NCBI GenBank assembly: GCA_001642005.1
Contig: LWCA01000170.1
Location: 1-44,598 of the forward strand
Source: Intoshia linei
Taxonomy: Eukaryota; Animalia; Orthonectida
DNA length: 44,598 nucleotides
Reading direction: 5' to 3'
The notes under the pieces are model-generated. The model searched no databases and was not told the origin of the DNA. It worked only from the letters and a program-made list of their open reading frames with translations. Each line of letters begins with the position of its first letter. The stretch's first letter is position 1. The position numbers and the translations under genes are program-made. Positions 10,779-23,700 of the stretch are shown here, piece after piece.

Positions 10779-13700
10779 CTATCTCTTTCGGATCAAAGAT
10801 CTTGTTGATTTTGGAATTGAGTTTTCTTTTTTGACAGATGATTTCGTTTTTTCGACGCCCGTTGAATTAACTTAATTTATATATATACATTTTAAGTAAT
10901 TGTTACCTTTCATATCATCATTTTTAAGAGTTTCTCCTTCCTGTTCTAAACGTAAATGTATTGTAATTTTATTAATATGCATATAAGGTTCTGTCACTAA
11001 ATTTGATTTAAGATAAACACCTTTATTTGAGTCTACATTTGATTCTTCTGATTGTCCATCAACTAAAATCATTGAAAATGTTTTAATCTAGAATTACTGA
11101 TTATAATATCTTCATCTGAAGTTTCATATTCTTCATCTTCAAATTCATCAATATATTTATCATCTTCATCTAAACATGAAATGTATAAATACAAATCCAT
11201 CCAAGTGGAGTATTAAAAAATGTAAATAATTATTGATATAAAACCTTCAGTTTTGTCGTTTAAGTCTCCATCTTTAAAAAGACTATCATTGTAACTATCA
11301 TTTTCTTCTTCCAATTCAGATTCTAGTCGTATGTCAGCACTTTCATTATCAAAGCGTATATCCCGTGAAGTATTTTCAAGCTATATAAATACATTTAACA
11401 ATAAAAATGAATTATAAAATATATATACCTGATTTAGAATACTATCAACTCCATTTAAGTCATCTGAACCTTGAAATTCTTCTGTGTCAACTTGATGACT
11501 TATTTTCTAGTCAAATATTTACAACAATTTTAAATAAAGCCAACTCAATCAGATTTAATTTAACTCCGTACATAGATTAAGAAATTAAAAAAATGTTTCA
11601 TAAATCCAAAAGTTATACAACACTAAAACATCTTTTTGTCACATCATATAGGTATTATGGATAATTTAACTTAATTATACAATAATTCAAAGTATCGTCG
11701 TTTCCAGTAAATTATTCATTTTTAAATCGGCTTTTAAATTTTTAATATTAGTAAAACTTTTACTCATACTCATTGCAGGGTCAAACCCATCAAATAATTA
11801 AGACCAAAAAATTACCACATCATCTGTTTTGAAACGTTTAGTTATACTATTCGATGCACTAAAATTAATTATCAAAACATTAACAATACAAAATACAATT
11901 CTCTTTGTCTTTTAGTTATACGACCATCACTATCAATTGAATTAAAAATGTCTAAAACATTGTATATAAAAACAATTGATAAAAAACAAAAATTACTTTC
12001 TGGTCTGGACGTAAAAGTGGCACTTTGACTTACATTTGTAATTACACCAGTACTCGAAATAATAAAGTCATTTTCCAGTATTTCTGAAAGTAAATATGAA
12101 ATAATTATTTCCAGACATGACCAATTTGAATCTACAACAGTGATTCCATACTTGTGGGTATTTACCCACTCGTGGGTAATCCTGAAATTTTTTCCGTAAG
12201 GACTGATAAAAATAATCTATCTTTTAATTATTACAACAAAGATTATAGATTTAAAAATAAAATAATACAAAATATGTGGAGAGTTGGGACTCGTCCTGGG
12301 AAACTCTGCATTAATAAAATAAAATTACCACTTTGAGCAATTCTAAGAGCAGTTGGATGAGTTTCGCCGTCTGATCCAGCAATTCTAGGCAAACAAACAC
12401 CTGAATTAGCTAGACTAGTAGAAATTGAATCAAAATGAGAAATTGGTCGTACACTGGCAGTTTTAGGTAATAAATTAAAAGTATCAGCATTTAGAACATT
12501 TTCAGAATCCTTAAAAAGAGGACGACTGGCAGGAGTAACTGAAAACACGGGTAATACATGCCGAGAATTGGTAGGATTAAGAATACTAGAGAAATTAATA
12601 TGTTCCGGTTCAGAAGTGGAACTGGGTTCCTCGTGTATTTCCTTTGCACTAACTGTATCCAATTCAATTGTTTTGTTTATAACTGGAATAGAATTTTCAA
12701 TAAAAGGTTGTGATTCCTTGTCTTTTTCATTAATTTCAACTTCACTTGCAATAGTCTCATTAAGAGTGGTATTAAAAGTTGTATCAACATTATCAATTTT
12801 TAAATTTGAATTTAAAGCAATTTGGTTCTTCAACTTCATTTCCAATTGTTGATTAGCAGAAATAATAGCATCTCTTTCCATATTCATAACAAGTTCTTGG
12901 TCTTTCAAAGTTTGATTATCCTTTTCAACTTGTAATAATTTTTGTCTAGTAATTTTAAGTTCTTCGTCGGATTTAACAATTTCAATATTTTTATCATCGG
13001 ATTTAATAAACACGCCCTTTTTAGTTTTTTCCAATTCTTCAAATTGTTTGCGATAAAATAGAGCTCTATTTCTAATCATTTCGGTCATTTTTTTGTTTTT
13101 TTCCAATTCTTTAATTTGATCATCAATAATTAACGATAATCTTTCATTTTCAGTCTTAGCCTGGCTCATATTTTCTGAATTTAAATTCAACTTTTTTTGA
13201 TACAATTTTATTTTCGCAACAAGTCTTTTATTTTCTTCTTGGTTTTTGATTAAATTTTGATTAATATCATCATTTCTTCCGACTGCTGAATTCAACTCTT
13301 CATTTAAATTTTTCCAACTATTGACATCATCATTAAGAGAAGAGACTGTATTGTTTATAATTTCGTTTTTAGCTTCCAATTCAATTGTCGTTTTTTTAAA
13401 TGAAGCAAGGTCATTTTCCAATAACTTAATTTTATCATTCAATTGACAATTTTCAGATTTACTGCGTTTGCATTCATTTGTAAGTTGTTCATTGTTTGAT
13501 TCAATTTTAGCCATTAATTCAAGTCTTCTGAGCAAATCAGCATGTTGAGCTGCTGTTCTAGCTTTGATTTCTGCATTGTTAAATTCATCGTCCAATTTTT
13601 TTCGAATTAGAATTAATTCTTGAGTATTTGCATTCAACTGTACAGTTAATTTTTCATTTTCTAGGGCATAATGTTCAATTTTATTTTTTTGTAATAAATT

Positions 13701-16700
13701 TTCAGTTCGAAGATATTTAATAAATTCAACTAATTCTACTTTATTTTCTTTCGCAATCAAGTCATGTGACAAAAGAGCCATAATATGAGTTTCATCGTTA
13801 TGATTTTTAACATTTTTGTCTATATTTTCCAAAATGTTGAGTTTACCGGTCAACAGGTTAATATCACTTGTAACTTGTTCTAGTTTTGTAGATAAAACTG
13901 TATTTGTTTGAATGGATTCGTTCAATTTTTCAATAGCCGTATTTTTATTTTGAACTAATTCCAATTCTTGTTTTAAATAATTTTCTTTAATTTCATTATT
14001 ATGATTTTTTAATGATTCTAGTGAATCTTTCAGTTTAGAATATTCATCATTTTTAGAAATTAATTCCAAATTCAATTGTTTAACATTTTCTTGTAATTCC
14101 ATTTCGTTTTTTTTCATTTTAAAAATTTCCTTCTTCAATTCACTGTCATTTAAATTAGAATTGGATAAATCACCCAATACAGAATTCATCGATTTCATTA
14201 AATCTTTATAATTTTCATCTACAGTCCCAAATTTATGGGTCAATTCAGTAATTATTTTATCTTTTTTGGCAATTTCACAAGTCAATTCATCATTAGACTT
14301 TACTGTTGCATCATTATCATTCTTCGATTGTTCAATTTCTAAGTGTAAAGCAGTACATTCAGATTTTATTGCATCAATTTTTTCAATGTATTGAGATGAA
14401 CTATCCAACTTTGATTTTTGTTCAGTTTCGAGAGCAGCTTCCAAGCTTTGACTTAGGGCTTTGTATTTGACAAGGTTATTTTTAGAACATTCTAGCGAAT
14501 CTCCCAAAGAAATGCATTTACTTTTATAAGACTCTAGCTCGTTAAATACTTGGTCCATGTTTCTTTCTGAATCACCACCGACCGACATGTTTTTAATCTC
14601 ATCAATATCAACATTTGATTTGTGTAAAGACAATGTTAATTCTTCGCACGTTGCCGTCAAAGATTCGACGGATTTTTTTAATTTTTCATTGTCACATTTC
14701 AATTGGCTCAATTCTGAAAAATAACAATCCCTTTGCGAACGTATATCTAACAATTGACTATTCAGAGTGTCTACTACCGCAATATTTTGAGATTGAATTT
14801 GATCCATTGTTCTACGAGAAGCGGTCAATTGTTGTTCATAAAGTGACATTTTTCTCTTGTCGCTTTCAAAAACATCTTGTTCATTTTGGTCAATAGATTT
14901 TTTCAAACTGTTTATATTTGAAAACATTGAATTTAGAATATTTTGTTGATTATATAAATCTTTATTTTCTTGTTCCAACCTAGCTACATTGCATTTCATT
15001 TCATTATACAAGGATTCATTATTATTAAACCGAAGTTCAAACCTATTGGATTTTTCGCACGTTGAAAAAATTTCACTTCTCAGTATTGCGATCGTAGATT
15101 CATTTTTCGCAATAATTTCGTTACATTTTAATTTATCGGATTTGGCTTCATTCAATTCATCAAAACATTTCTGATAATTTTGATTAGCTGAATCAACTTT
15201 TTGATTAGCATATTCCAATTCCGCATTTAATCTAGCTGTTTTAATGTTGACTTCGAAATAATTGTTTTTATACTTTTCGAGTTCTTCTTTTAATAGACTT
15301 GTCGATTTTTGAATAGCTGCAACGTACTTTTCATGCTTTTCCTTCAATTTATCAATTTTACTAGATTGGTCATTAAATTTAACACTATATTGAGTCATTT
15401 TTTCGTTAATTTTTTCAACAACTTGGGTTATCCATGCACTGATGTCAATCTTGTCTTGCTTAAAGATATCAGAAATTGGAATGTCAATTTCATGGCACTT
15501 GGCTAACGCTGTAGAGAAGGAACGATAAAAGTTTCTTTCCTGAGAACTCGTTTCAATCAATTTTTCATAGCTCGAAATAATGTTTTTAAGTTCATTCAAT
15601 TCAGAAACAGAAATTTTGGTAATTTCAGATGTTGGAATGGTAGAATTTGACTCTTGAGAAACACTAAACGTATTGTCAAAACATTTATCAGATTCAGAGT
15701 CAGAATCTTTCGTTTTTTGCTTATCCAACAAATCTATCAATTTGATATTCAACTTTTGTAAACCACATAAATCGTTAAAACTCATTTTATCGCAATTCAT
15801 GTAGAGAGCTTCATTTTCATTTTGAGACACTTGCGATTTTTCAGACTTTTCAGAACGACATTTAATTAAATTACCACGTTCATGTTCAATAGTGGCCAAT
15901 AAATTTCTAACTTGCATAGAAAGTTGTAAAATTTGAGATTTATGACGTTCATTTTCCTTGCAAACGTATCTATATTTGATATGGTTTTTATTCAACTTTT
16001 TACGAATTGAAACGAGTATTACATTTTCATCTTGCAACTGTTTTTGTATAATTTTTTTGCTTTCCAAAACCTTATCATAATTAACCTTCAATTGTTCAAT
16101 CTGAGGAGTTTTCATTTCCAAATCATTTAATACATGATTCAATGAATCAGTGACTTGCCTACGTTCCAATTTTTCCTTTTCATAAGCTTCAGTTAAAATT
16201 ATGTATTCATTGTAAATCTGGGTAAGCGATTGTCCCGATTTCATAAACTTTTGAGCTACCGCTGCTGAAGGTGATAAATCTGAAATTGCATTATTTATAT
16301 TTGTAGTATACTGAATATTGGAAGATTTAATCAGTTGATTAGCATGTTTAAGTTCAGTTTTCAATCTTTCGTTTTCATCTTCAGTTTTTGTCATTTGTTG
16401 GTCACATTCAATCATGGCTAATTTTAGTTTTTCCTTATTCTGAGAAAATTCGTTATTAATTTCAACAATGTGTTCTTTTAAAATACAAACTTGCTGCTCT
16501 CCGTCATTGGCTTTTGATTTTAACTCTTGAATCAAATTATTTTGAAACTCAATTTTTTCATTTAAACAACTTTTTTCATTTTTATAGTTTTGTTGAAAGG
16601 TAAAGTTTTTTAAATTAATTTCAGTAAATTGTTCATTTTTTGTATTCAAATCTTGTTTTAAATCATGCACCGTTTGTTTAAAAGATTCATTACTAGTTTT

Positions 16701-17378
16701 TAAATTTTTTACAAGTTGAATTTTTTCATCCAATTCATTGTTGAATTTTAACAAACTGGTAGAATTGAAACGCTTAAGATCGACAATTTCAAATTCTCGG
16801 GACAATAATCTTTCATTCATTTCATCTAATCGCTTTTTAACAAATTCCAATTCTCTTTCTTCAATAGAAAGTTTATGTTTATATGTTGATTGAGCCATTT
16901 CTCCCAATTCTGCTCTAGTTATTGCTTTTGATTCACTACTGGTCAGTTCTGCTACTCTTTTTGTCAACATTTTCCATTCGTTATTTACACTTTCATATTC
17001 AATTGATTTTTTGGATAACAGGTCCGATAATTCCATGTTTTTATTTTTCAATAAATCAATGTCATGCATAAAAGTATTCTTTTCAATTTCAAGACTATTC
17101 ATTTTCTCTTTTATTTCTGTTAATTCACCTTTTGTTTCATCAGATTTCGTTTCTTTTGAATTTAATTTTTCGTTCAATAATTTTTCATTTTCAGACATGT
17201 TGTTTAAATTTTTTCGCATTGTTTCATGCTCTTTTTTTAATTCTTCGTATTCACATTCCTTTTTTATTACATCATTTTGTAATTGAGATAACGCGTCGTT
17301 TTTCATTTCTAGATATATTGACAGCTTTTCTTTTTCACATTCATCTGTAAATTGAATTTTTTCAATATCAAATGACAT
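10779..17378 (-). CDS. TPR: Nucleoprotein TPR / Megator (nuclear basket coiled-coil). One exon of about 5.05 kb (17378-12329) followed by many small 3' exons
   Basis: About 1700-aa coiled-coil ORF with the TPR signature LSPSAAVAQKFMKSGQSLTQIYNEY..L.E...EKLE and LKTELKHANQLI. The acidic low-complexity C-terminus is split by short introns and ends ...RSLIRKR-stop. First ATG is at 17378 (the ORF track starts at a TTG). Internal 3' exon boundaries are approximate. Confidence 0.85.
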
Positions 17379-17747
17379 TATGTTTTTTTTAATCAAACCA
17401 GCCAAATGTATTATTTAACATTTAAATTGTATAAATCACTATATCAAAATAACTTTATTTAAGTTTGTTTCTATATTGCTATCAAACTAATGCTATGTGA
17501 AACTTTTATTGATTTGTCATTACGATACACGAAACGATAAATTACAACGTTTCTCGGAAGATACGTGCGGTCAACTGGTCAATAATTATGTTGTTTTCTA
17601 TTTTGTGCTTAGTGAGTTGACTCTATGACATAAATTTGAATAAAATACGGCTTTCCTCGATTAATGTTGTTTTATGAATCAAAAATTTTTATTAATTTAT
17701 GAGAATATAATTTTAATTATCGACAATTAGGCCCTAATCGCTAGGGC

Positions 17748-17900
17748 AGTGGTTACTGAAAAAACTTATCAATTTTCTTTTGTAATTATCACTTGCAGAT
17801 AAGTCTTATCACAAGTTATAACTTATCAACAATTGATTGATACGGCCATCAGAATGAAACTATAACTCAGTATCGGTTAGAATATTGAGTAATGATAGAA
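17748..17900 (+). mobile_element. Degenerate hAT/MITE-like terminus with TTATC subterminal repeats
   Basis: CAGTGGTT start followed by repeated TTATC/GATAA motifs; partner end not identified. Confidence 0.3.
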
Positions 17901-18229
17901 TTAAAAGATGGTGATAAAAATGTTCAATGTCATGAACATTTTAAATTAAATATTGCGGTTGGAAAAATTTATTCTCATAAACGATAGGAAATTTCTCTTT
18001 TAAATTGATCTCACGAAAAAATAAGTAACCAAATCAACACTTCAGAAACATTTCAAATGAATTTTACCAACATTGAAAAGCATTGTAATAAATATTTTTC
18101 ATACAATGATAATAAATGATAATGACGTATAATTATTAATTAAATTTTCACTGAATATAAAAATGATAATAACAAAGTTGTACTTTTACTAATTCGTTGT
18201 TGTAGTTTTAATTTAAATTTTAAACGAGA

Positions 18230-19060
18230 TGTTTTGAAAATGAGAATGAAAAAAAATACGAAGGTATCAATTATATAAATTTCTACCCATATTTCTATAT
18301 TGGAAATGTAGACATTCAATAAAATATTTTTTTGAAATTGTAGGATGATTATTTACTTTTAATCCAACATTTCAAAAATATTATATCATTGATCATATAT
18401 TAAAAATTATTTTTCACTGGGCATGTGTAGATTTCTGTGGTTAAAATTTTGTATTTATATCAACTGGACTAAGCTGTATCAGAATAATCTTTTTTTAATT
18501 GTATGACCGTTAATTATTTCAAATTTTTAATAAAATAATTTCGAAATAAAAAAAAAATGATAATTAAAATGCATTTTTAACCATGAAGTCGTCACTTAAT
18601 CAGATTGCAATTTTTTGTGTGTTAACTGGATATAAAGGTATCAAAAAAAGGTTATCTGCGTTTTTGACCGTGAAAATTACCTTTTTTGAGGTTACGATTT
18701 ATGATAATATTTATGTATTTAAAAACCATTCCAGAATCTATGTTGTATACAAATATAAAAATTTTTTAAGTTTTAGAAAAAAGGGTAATTTGTGGTTTTG
18801 GCCGTGGAGATATAAGATTTTGAAATTGAAAATTATCATAATATTGACGAATTTAAAACTTTTTATTAGAATGAGTAGTTTTTATAATTCTAGGACTGGT
18901 TTGAATTTAAAAATAAAGGACAATTGGGTTTTTAACCTTGAAGGACTCAATTTCTGATAAAACATCACTCTGGAAAAACTATTATAAGAATATGGAATTT
19001 GTAAAACTTGACTCCCCTGACTTTTTTAAATAAATAAACAGACATATATTTTTAACCGTT
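18230..19060 (-). mobile_element. Partial Helitron-like family copy
   Basis: Colinear similarity to 36340-37220 and, in reverse complement, to 6780-7270. ORF 18583-18957 lies inside it and is spurious. Confidence 0.65.
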
Positions 19061-19939
19061 TTACTTTAATACACACCCTAATTTATCATCGTGTTGTACT
19101 TCTACAAGCCAATAATTTTACATATAATTGACATTTACAACAAATTTCAAGCATACATTTTATTATCAGATATAAAAGTGATTTAATATTAATAAAATAC
19201 ATCAAAGGAAATTGACTTGTAGATCTACAATATGTTATGCATTTAGATAGAGAAAAGACATCTGAATTTTTTTACATATCGGGGCGCCACGAAATTTTTT
19301 TTTATTAATTTTCAATGCACCCCAACAGTAAAAAGTTTGGGAACCAGTCCTAGAATTTAAAAAAGGATTATGCGGATACAATTTATTCCAGTTGATCTAG
19401 TATAGCTGTTATAATTTAAAATAAAAAGTAACCGCACAATTACGTAAATAGTAAATAATAAAAATTAAATAACGTGAATTATAACAATGATACGTCAGTG
19501 GAATTGACGGTAGATAATTAAACTTATTACACAAGTAATACTTATCAAAAATTATCATGTATTTTTTATATACATGAATAATTTGTATAAACATAAAAAA
19601 TTTAATGTGCTTCAAGATAAATAAATTATACATTAATCTATATTAGCTATGAATCTATATATAATACTATAATAATATAAATACTATAATACTATTAATA
19701 ACATTAAAATGTAAAGTGTTATCAAATAACATTTTGTATTAATAAGTTAAATAAAATAGGTAATAATTTACACTCAATTAAATTTTAATTCATTTCAATT
19801 TATTATGAAATACTTACCGTGACCGTTAAATGGATTGGCCATTTAATGTAAGCTATAGATACACTATAACAAGCTATAAAACGATTATCTAATTAGTTAT
19901 TTTGGTAAATATTTTGACATTAAAGATTAAAAAATTACA

Positions 19940-20698
19940 ATGGAAAAACAAAAATATACACTATATTCTATAGATAAATTGCTACAAGATGGAAATAAAG
20001 ATAAAGAAAATTTGAAAAAATGTGAAAATATAAACAGTAAAATAGCCAATTACGTATACAATTTTTTTAGAAGCCCAATTCAACAAGTTTTCGGAAAGAA
20101 ACGGAAATCGTAGGCGCAGAACCATATTTCATGCATACCAAATAGATTTATTTGAAAAAGTATTTTGCAAAAACCCATATCCCAACATTTTGGTAAGAAA
20201 TCAAATTTCAAAATGCATCAATATATCTGAAGAAAGAATAGAGGTACCTTGAAAAGTTTTATTATCGCTTTATAAATTACTATATGCCAATTGCTGCATG
20301 TAATTAGTAATTACATACAACATATTTAGCATACATTAACCTTTAAAATATTAATAAGATTGGGTGATTTACATGCTTGACAAACTGTCTTTATGATACA
20401 TTTGTTTAAATAAATCAAAATTGAATAGTACACATAGTGTATTAGTTGATTGACTGCAAATGATAATATAATTTAAAGTTTATAGGTATGGTTTAAAAAT
20501 AGAAGAGCTAAAGAAAAGCGGTATATAAAGTACGCATTAAAAACTAGTATAGATCAATCCAGTATTACTAATGAATACTCGATAAATCAATATCGCAGAC
20601 ATATAAACACTCTCAAGGTGTTCGACCATGATAGAAATATTTACAACCCACGAAATTATATTTTTGACAATAAACACCATACAGAACAATGTGAATGA
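19940..20698 (+). CDS. gsc: Goosecoid-like PRD-class K50 homeobox protein. Exons 19940-20036, 20071-20243, 20486-20698
   Basis: N-terminal eh1-like YSIDKLL. Homeodomain RRRTIFHAYQIDLFEKVFCKNPYPNILVRNQISKCINISEERIE|VWFKNRRAK has K50 and the PRD-class intron before VWF. RTIF, EVWFKNRRAK and an N-terminal eh1 together favour Gsc over Otx/Pitx. Confidence 0.75.
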
Positions 20699-20764
20699 AG
20701 GGTCAACAAACTTCATTAGAAAAATGTAATTCATTTATTGGAAATACATTTTAATTAATAGGGT

Positions 20765-23700
20765 TCAATTCAACGAAGAAATGTGTTCAATCGCCAATTC
20801 CAAAATGTCGTTCTTGTTTTTTAAAGTCTAATATAATAAAATTTATTTTCATTTTTTGTTCAAATATAGATTACCTGAAATAAAACATTTTTGTTTTCAT
20901 TCGGAAATATTCCTTGCAATATTTTTACCGACGTTGCTATTGAATAAAAATAAAAATATTTGATTAAAAAACCTCGATTTTCAGATATTTTCTAAATCAA
21001 ATCAATTAGCTTAAATTAATTATTTCATTGCTCTAAAATTTAGATTCTAAATTAGTGTTTCCCAGTATGGTGATGATAAAAGTGAAAAAAATATATATAT
21101 GAAAAAATGAAAATATTATTAAACCCAACCATTTTTACCAAAATCCATTTTCATCAATCCATAAGTTAAAATTTCAATTTTACCAACCCTTAAGAGAGAA
21201 ATCCACTTTTACTAACCTTTAGGGAAAAATTCATTTTCACAAACCCTTAAAGGAAAAACCTACTTTTACAACCTCTTTAAGGAAAATTGGAATTGGTAAA
21301 AGTGGACTCCCAAAAAAATGTACAAAATTGTTTTACAAAAATTCATCGCACTATAAAACAACTTTAGAACTTATAAATTGCATTTTCATGATTATTTGGT
21401 AAACAATTACATCCACCATTGTAATGTGAACATTTGATGTCGTCACCGATTCTTCTTCCAATTCGTAGATTCTAGATATGGTTTCACCTTCAAACAAGCT
21501 AGGTAGAATAGTAACATGATTTGATCCAATTAATACATTTTTAAATAATTGCTAATTATAAAATCAAACTTTTAACATAAAAACTAACTTGATCAAACAA
21601 AGAAATGCGCATTTTTGATGGATAATTAACGCATGCTCTAAAAATATAAAATACACCAGATATATCATGGTTTCCTAACCTCGAGATTACCAAACAAACT
21701 TTTAGAGTTACGTTTTCAGAAAATTTAATTATATCCTTGATAGTGACAAAACGTGATGTTAAGAATAAAAATATTTATTTATTTATTTTATGTACACTCA
21801 TCCTTTCGTTACATAAAATTGAATGTCTGTGTGTTTCCGTTTATTTAAAAAATTGAGAGTCACAGAATTTAATATAACCAAATTTCTAATACAGTTTTTC
21901 CCAGTCCGTGTATATCTATTCTGTTTATATCTATTTTTCTTTTTCCGTATTTGAGTCCTTAAGGCTCAAAAACCCAAATTACTCTTTTGTTTAAAAATAA
22001 AATCAGCCCAAAAATTTAATAAAACAAACATTATGTAACGCGTTTTAAAATAATTAACATTGTCGTAAACCTCAGCCTCATAAACGCTCACCTTCATGTT
22101 CAAAACCACAAATTACCCTATGCTTAAAAAATGAAAATAGTCCCAGAATTTAAAAAAATTTACAATTGATACAGTTATATCCAGTCAATACACACAAAAA
22201 ATTTCAATTTGACAAAGTGACGCCTTCACGGTAAAAAAACACACTTTAGTATTAATTTTTTATATTATGAAACTATTTTATTAAAACTAAAAATTTTACA
22301 TAATTAACGATCCTACATTTAAAAAAAAAATTATTCTGATACAGCTTATTCCTGTTGATATAAATACAAAATTTCAACCTCAAAAATCTAAGCATTCCTA
22401 GTGAAAAATAATTTTTAATATATTATCAACCAATATTTTTCAAATGTTTGGATTAACAATACATATTAAATGTATATGTAAAATAAAAAAGTATCAAGTT
22501 AAAATTTTCATTTTCCATAGAACAAATTTTTCATCTATATTTGAAATGATGTTGAATAAGACAATTCAATTATTTGAATTTGGGTCCAAATACCCCAATT
22601 GTAAACCACTGCTGTATGGTAAATATTTTAATAATTTTTATAAAAAAAAATTAGTAAATAGTAAACTTTTTGACCGTGTATTTTTTTGAGTTGCAATTTA
22701 TGATGATACTCATAATTATATATAAAAACTGTCTCAGAATTTATTTTTACAAAAATATAGAACTTTTTTAATTTTAAAATAATGTAATTTGTGATTTTAA
22801 GCATGAAAATTCTGAGATTCTGTACGTTTCTGAGGCTGAGATTGACTACAACCTCAAGACATTAAAGCGCGTCCAGAGTTAATATTTTTTTTAAATTCTA
22901 GGGCTGATTTTATTTTTAGAATAAATACAAACTCGGTTTTTTATAAAAACCTCATTCATGAAGGACTAAATTTTTGAAAAATGAAATTTATATAAAAATA
23001 TCACTATCCAAAAACTGTATTTGAAATTGAGGTTTTTAAAGTATAGGTCTGTTTTATTTTTAAATAGACGGTAACACAGACAAACATTCAATTTTATATA
23101 TATTGTACACTGAGTTCCAAGTTATTATGCAAACATTAAAAACATTAATAATTAAAAAAGTAGTCACATAATTGTATTAATTTTTATATCATAATTTAAT
23201 CATTGATCATATAAAACTGCACTGTAACATAAAAAATTATCACGTTTCAAAAAAGTATTCTATTTAAAATGTCATATTTTTTGGTAATTTTTAGTGTGCC
23301 AAATTATTATAATTATTATATGCTAATCAAAATTTAGGAGAATTATGGGTAAATCAACCTCACATACTGTTGACGAGAAAAATAAAATCCTGACAATGTT
23401 GGATAACGGAATATCGATAAATGAAATAGCTTCAAATTTAGAATGCGATCATCGCACAATCCGTCGATAAATATAAAACCATTCCAAGAAGAGAAAAAGA
23501 AAGGCAAAGGGATCATTCAAAAGAGATCTATGAGATATCTGTTAAAGATATATCCATATTAAACTAGAAATGGTTCGAAACCTTCTTAGCACTTCTCTAG
23601 AGATATTTAAATCATCAGGATTAATTGATATACCCAAAACTACGAGATGCAGAATATTAAAGACAGTTGGTAAAGTCAGGCATGCTAAAGGTAAACCAGG

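Noticed and set aside
12163-12180. Palindrome TTACCCAC-TC-GTGGGTAA
   Set aside because: Short, within the TPR 3' exon region, and without supporting context; may be chance.
12568-17350. Six plus-strand ORFs of 61-94 aa
   Set aside because: Antisense shadows of the long TPR coding exon; no recognisable motifs.
18583-18957. 124-aa ORF and similar ORFs (3313, 3719, 3900, 22444, 25043, 25095, 31713, 35801, 40356, 44393)
   Set aside because: They lie within or overlap AT-rich dispersed repeats, are F/I/K/N/L-biased, and the frame is not evidently conserved between repeat copies.
19360-19930. K50 autoregulatory TAATCC sites upstream of the homeobox gene
   Set aside because: Only one GGATTA was seen, which is expected by chance at this AT content.
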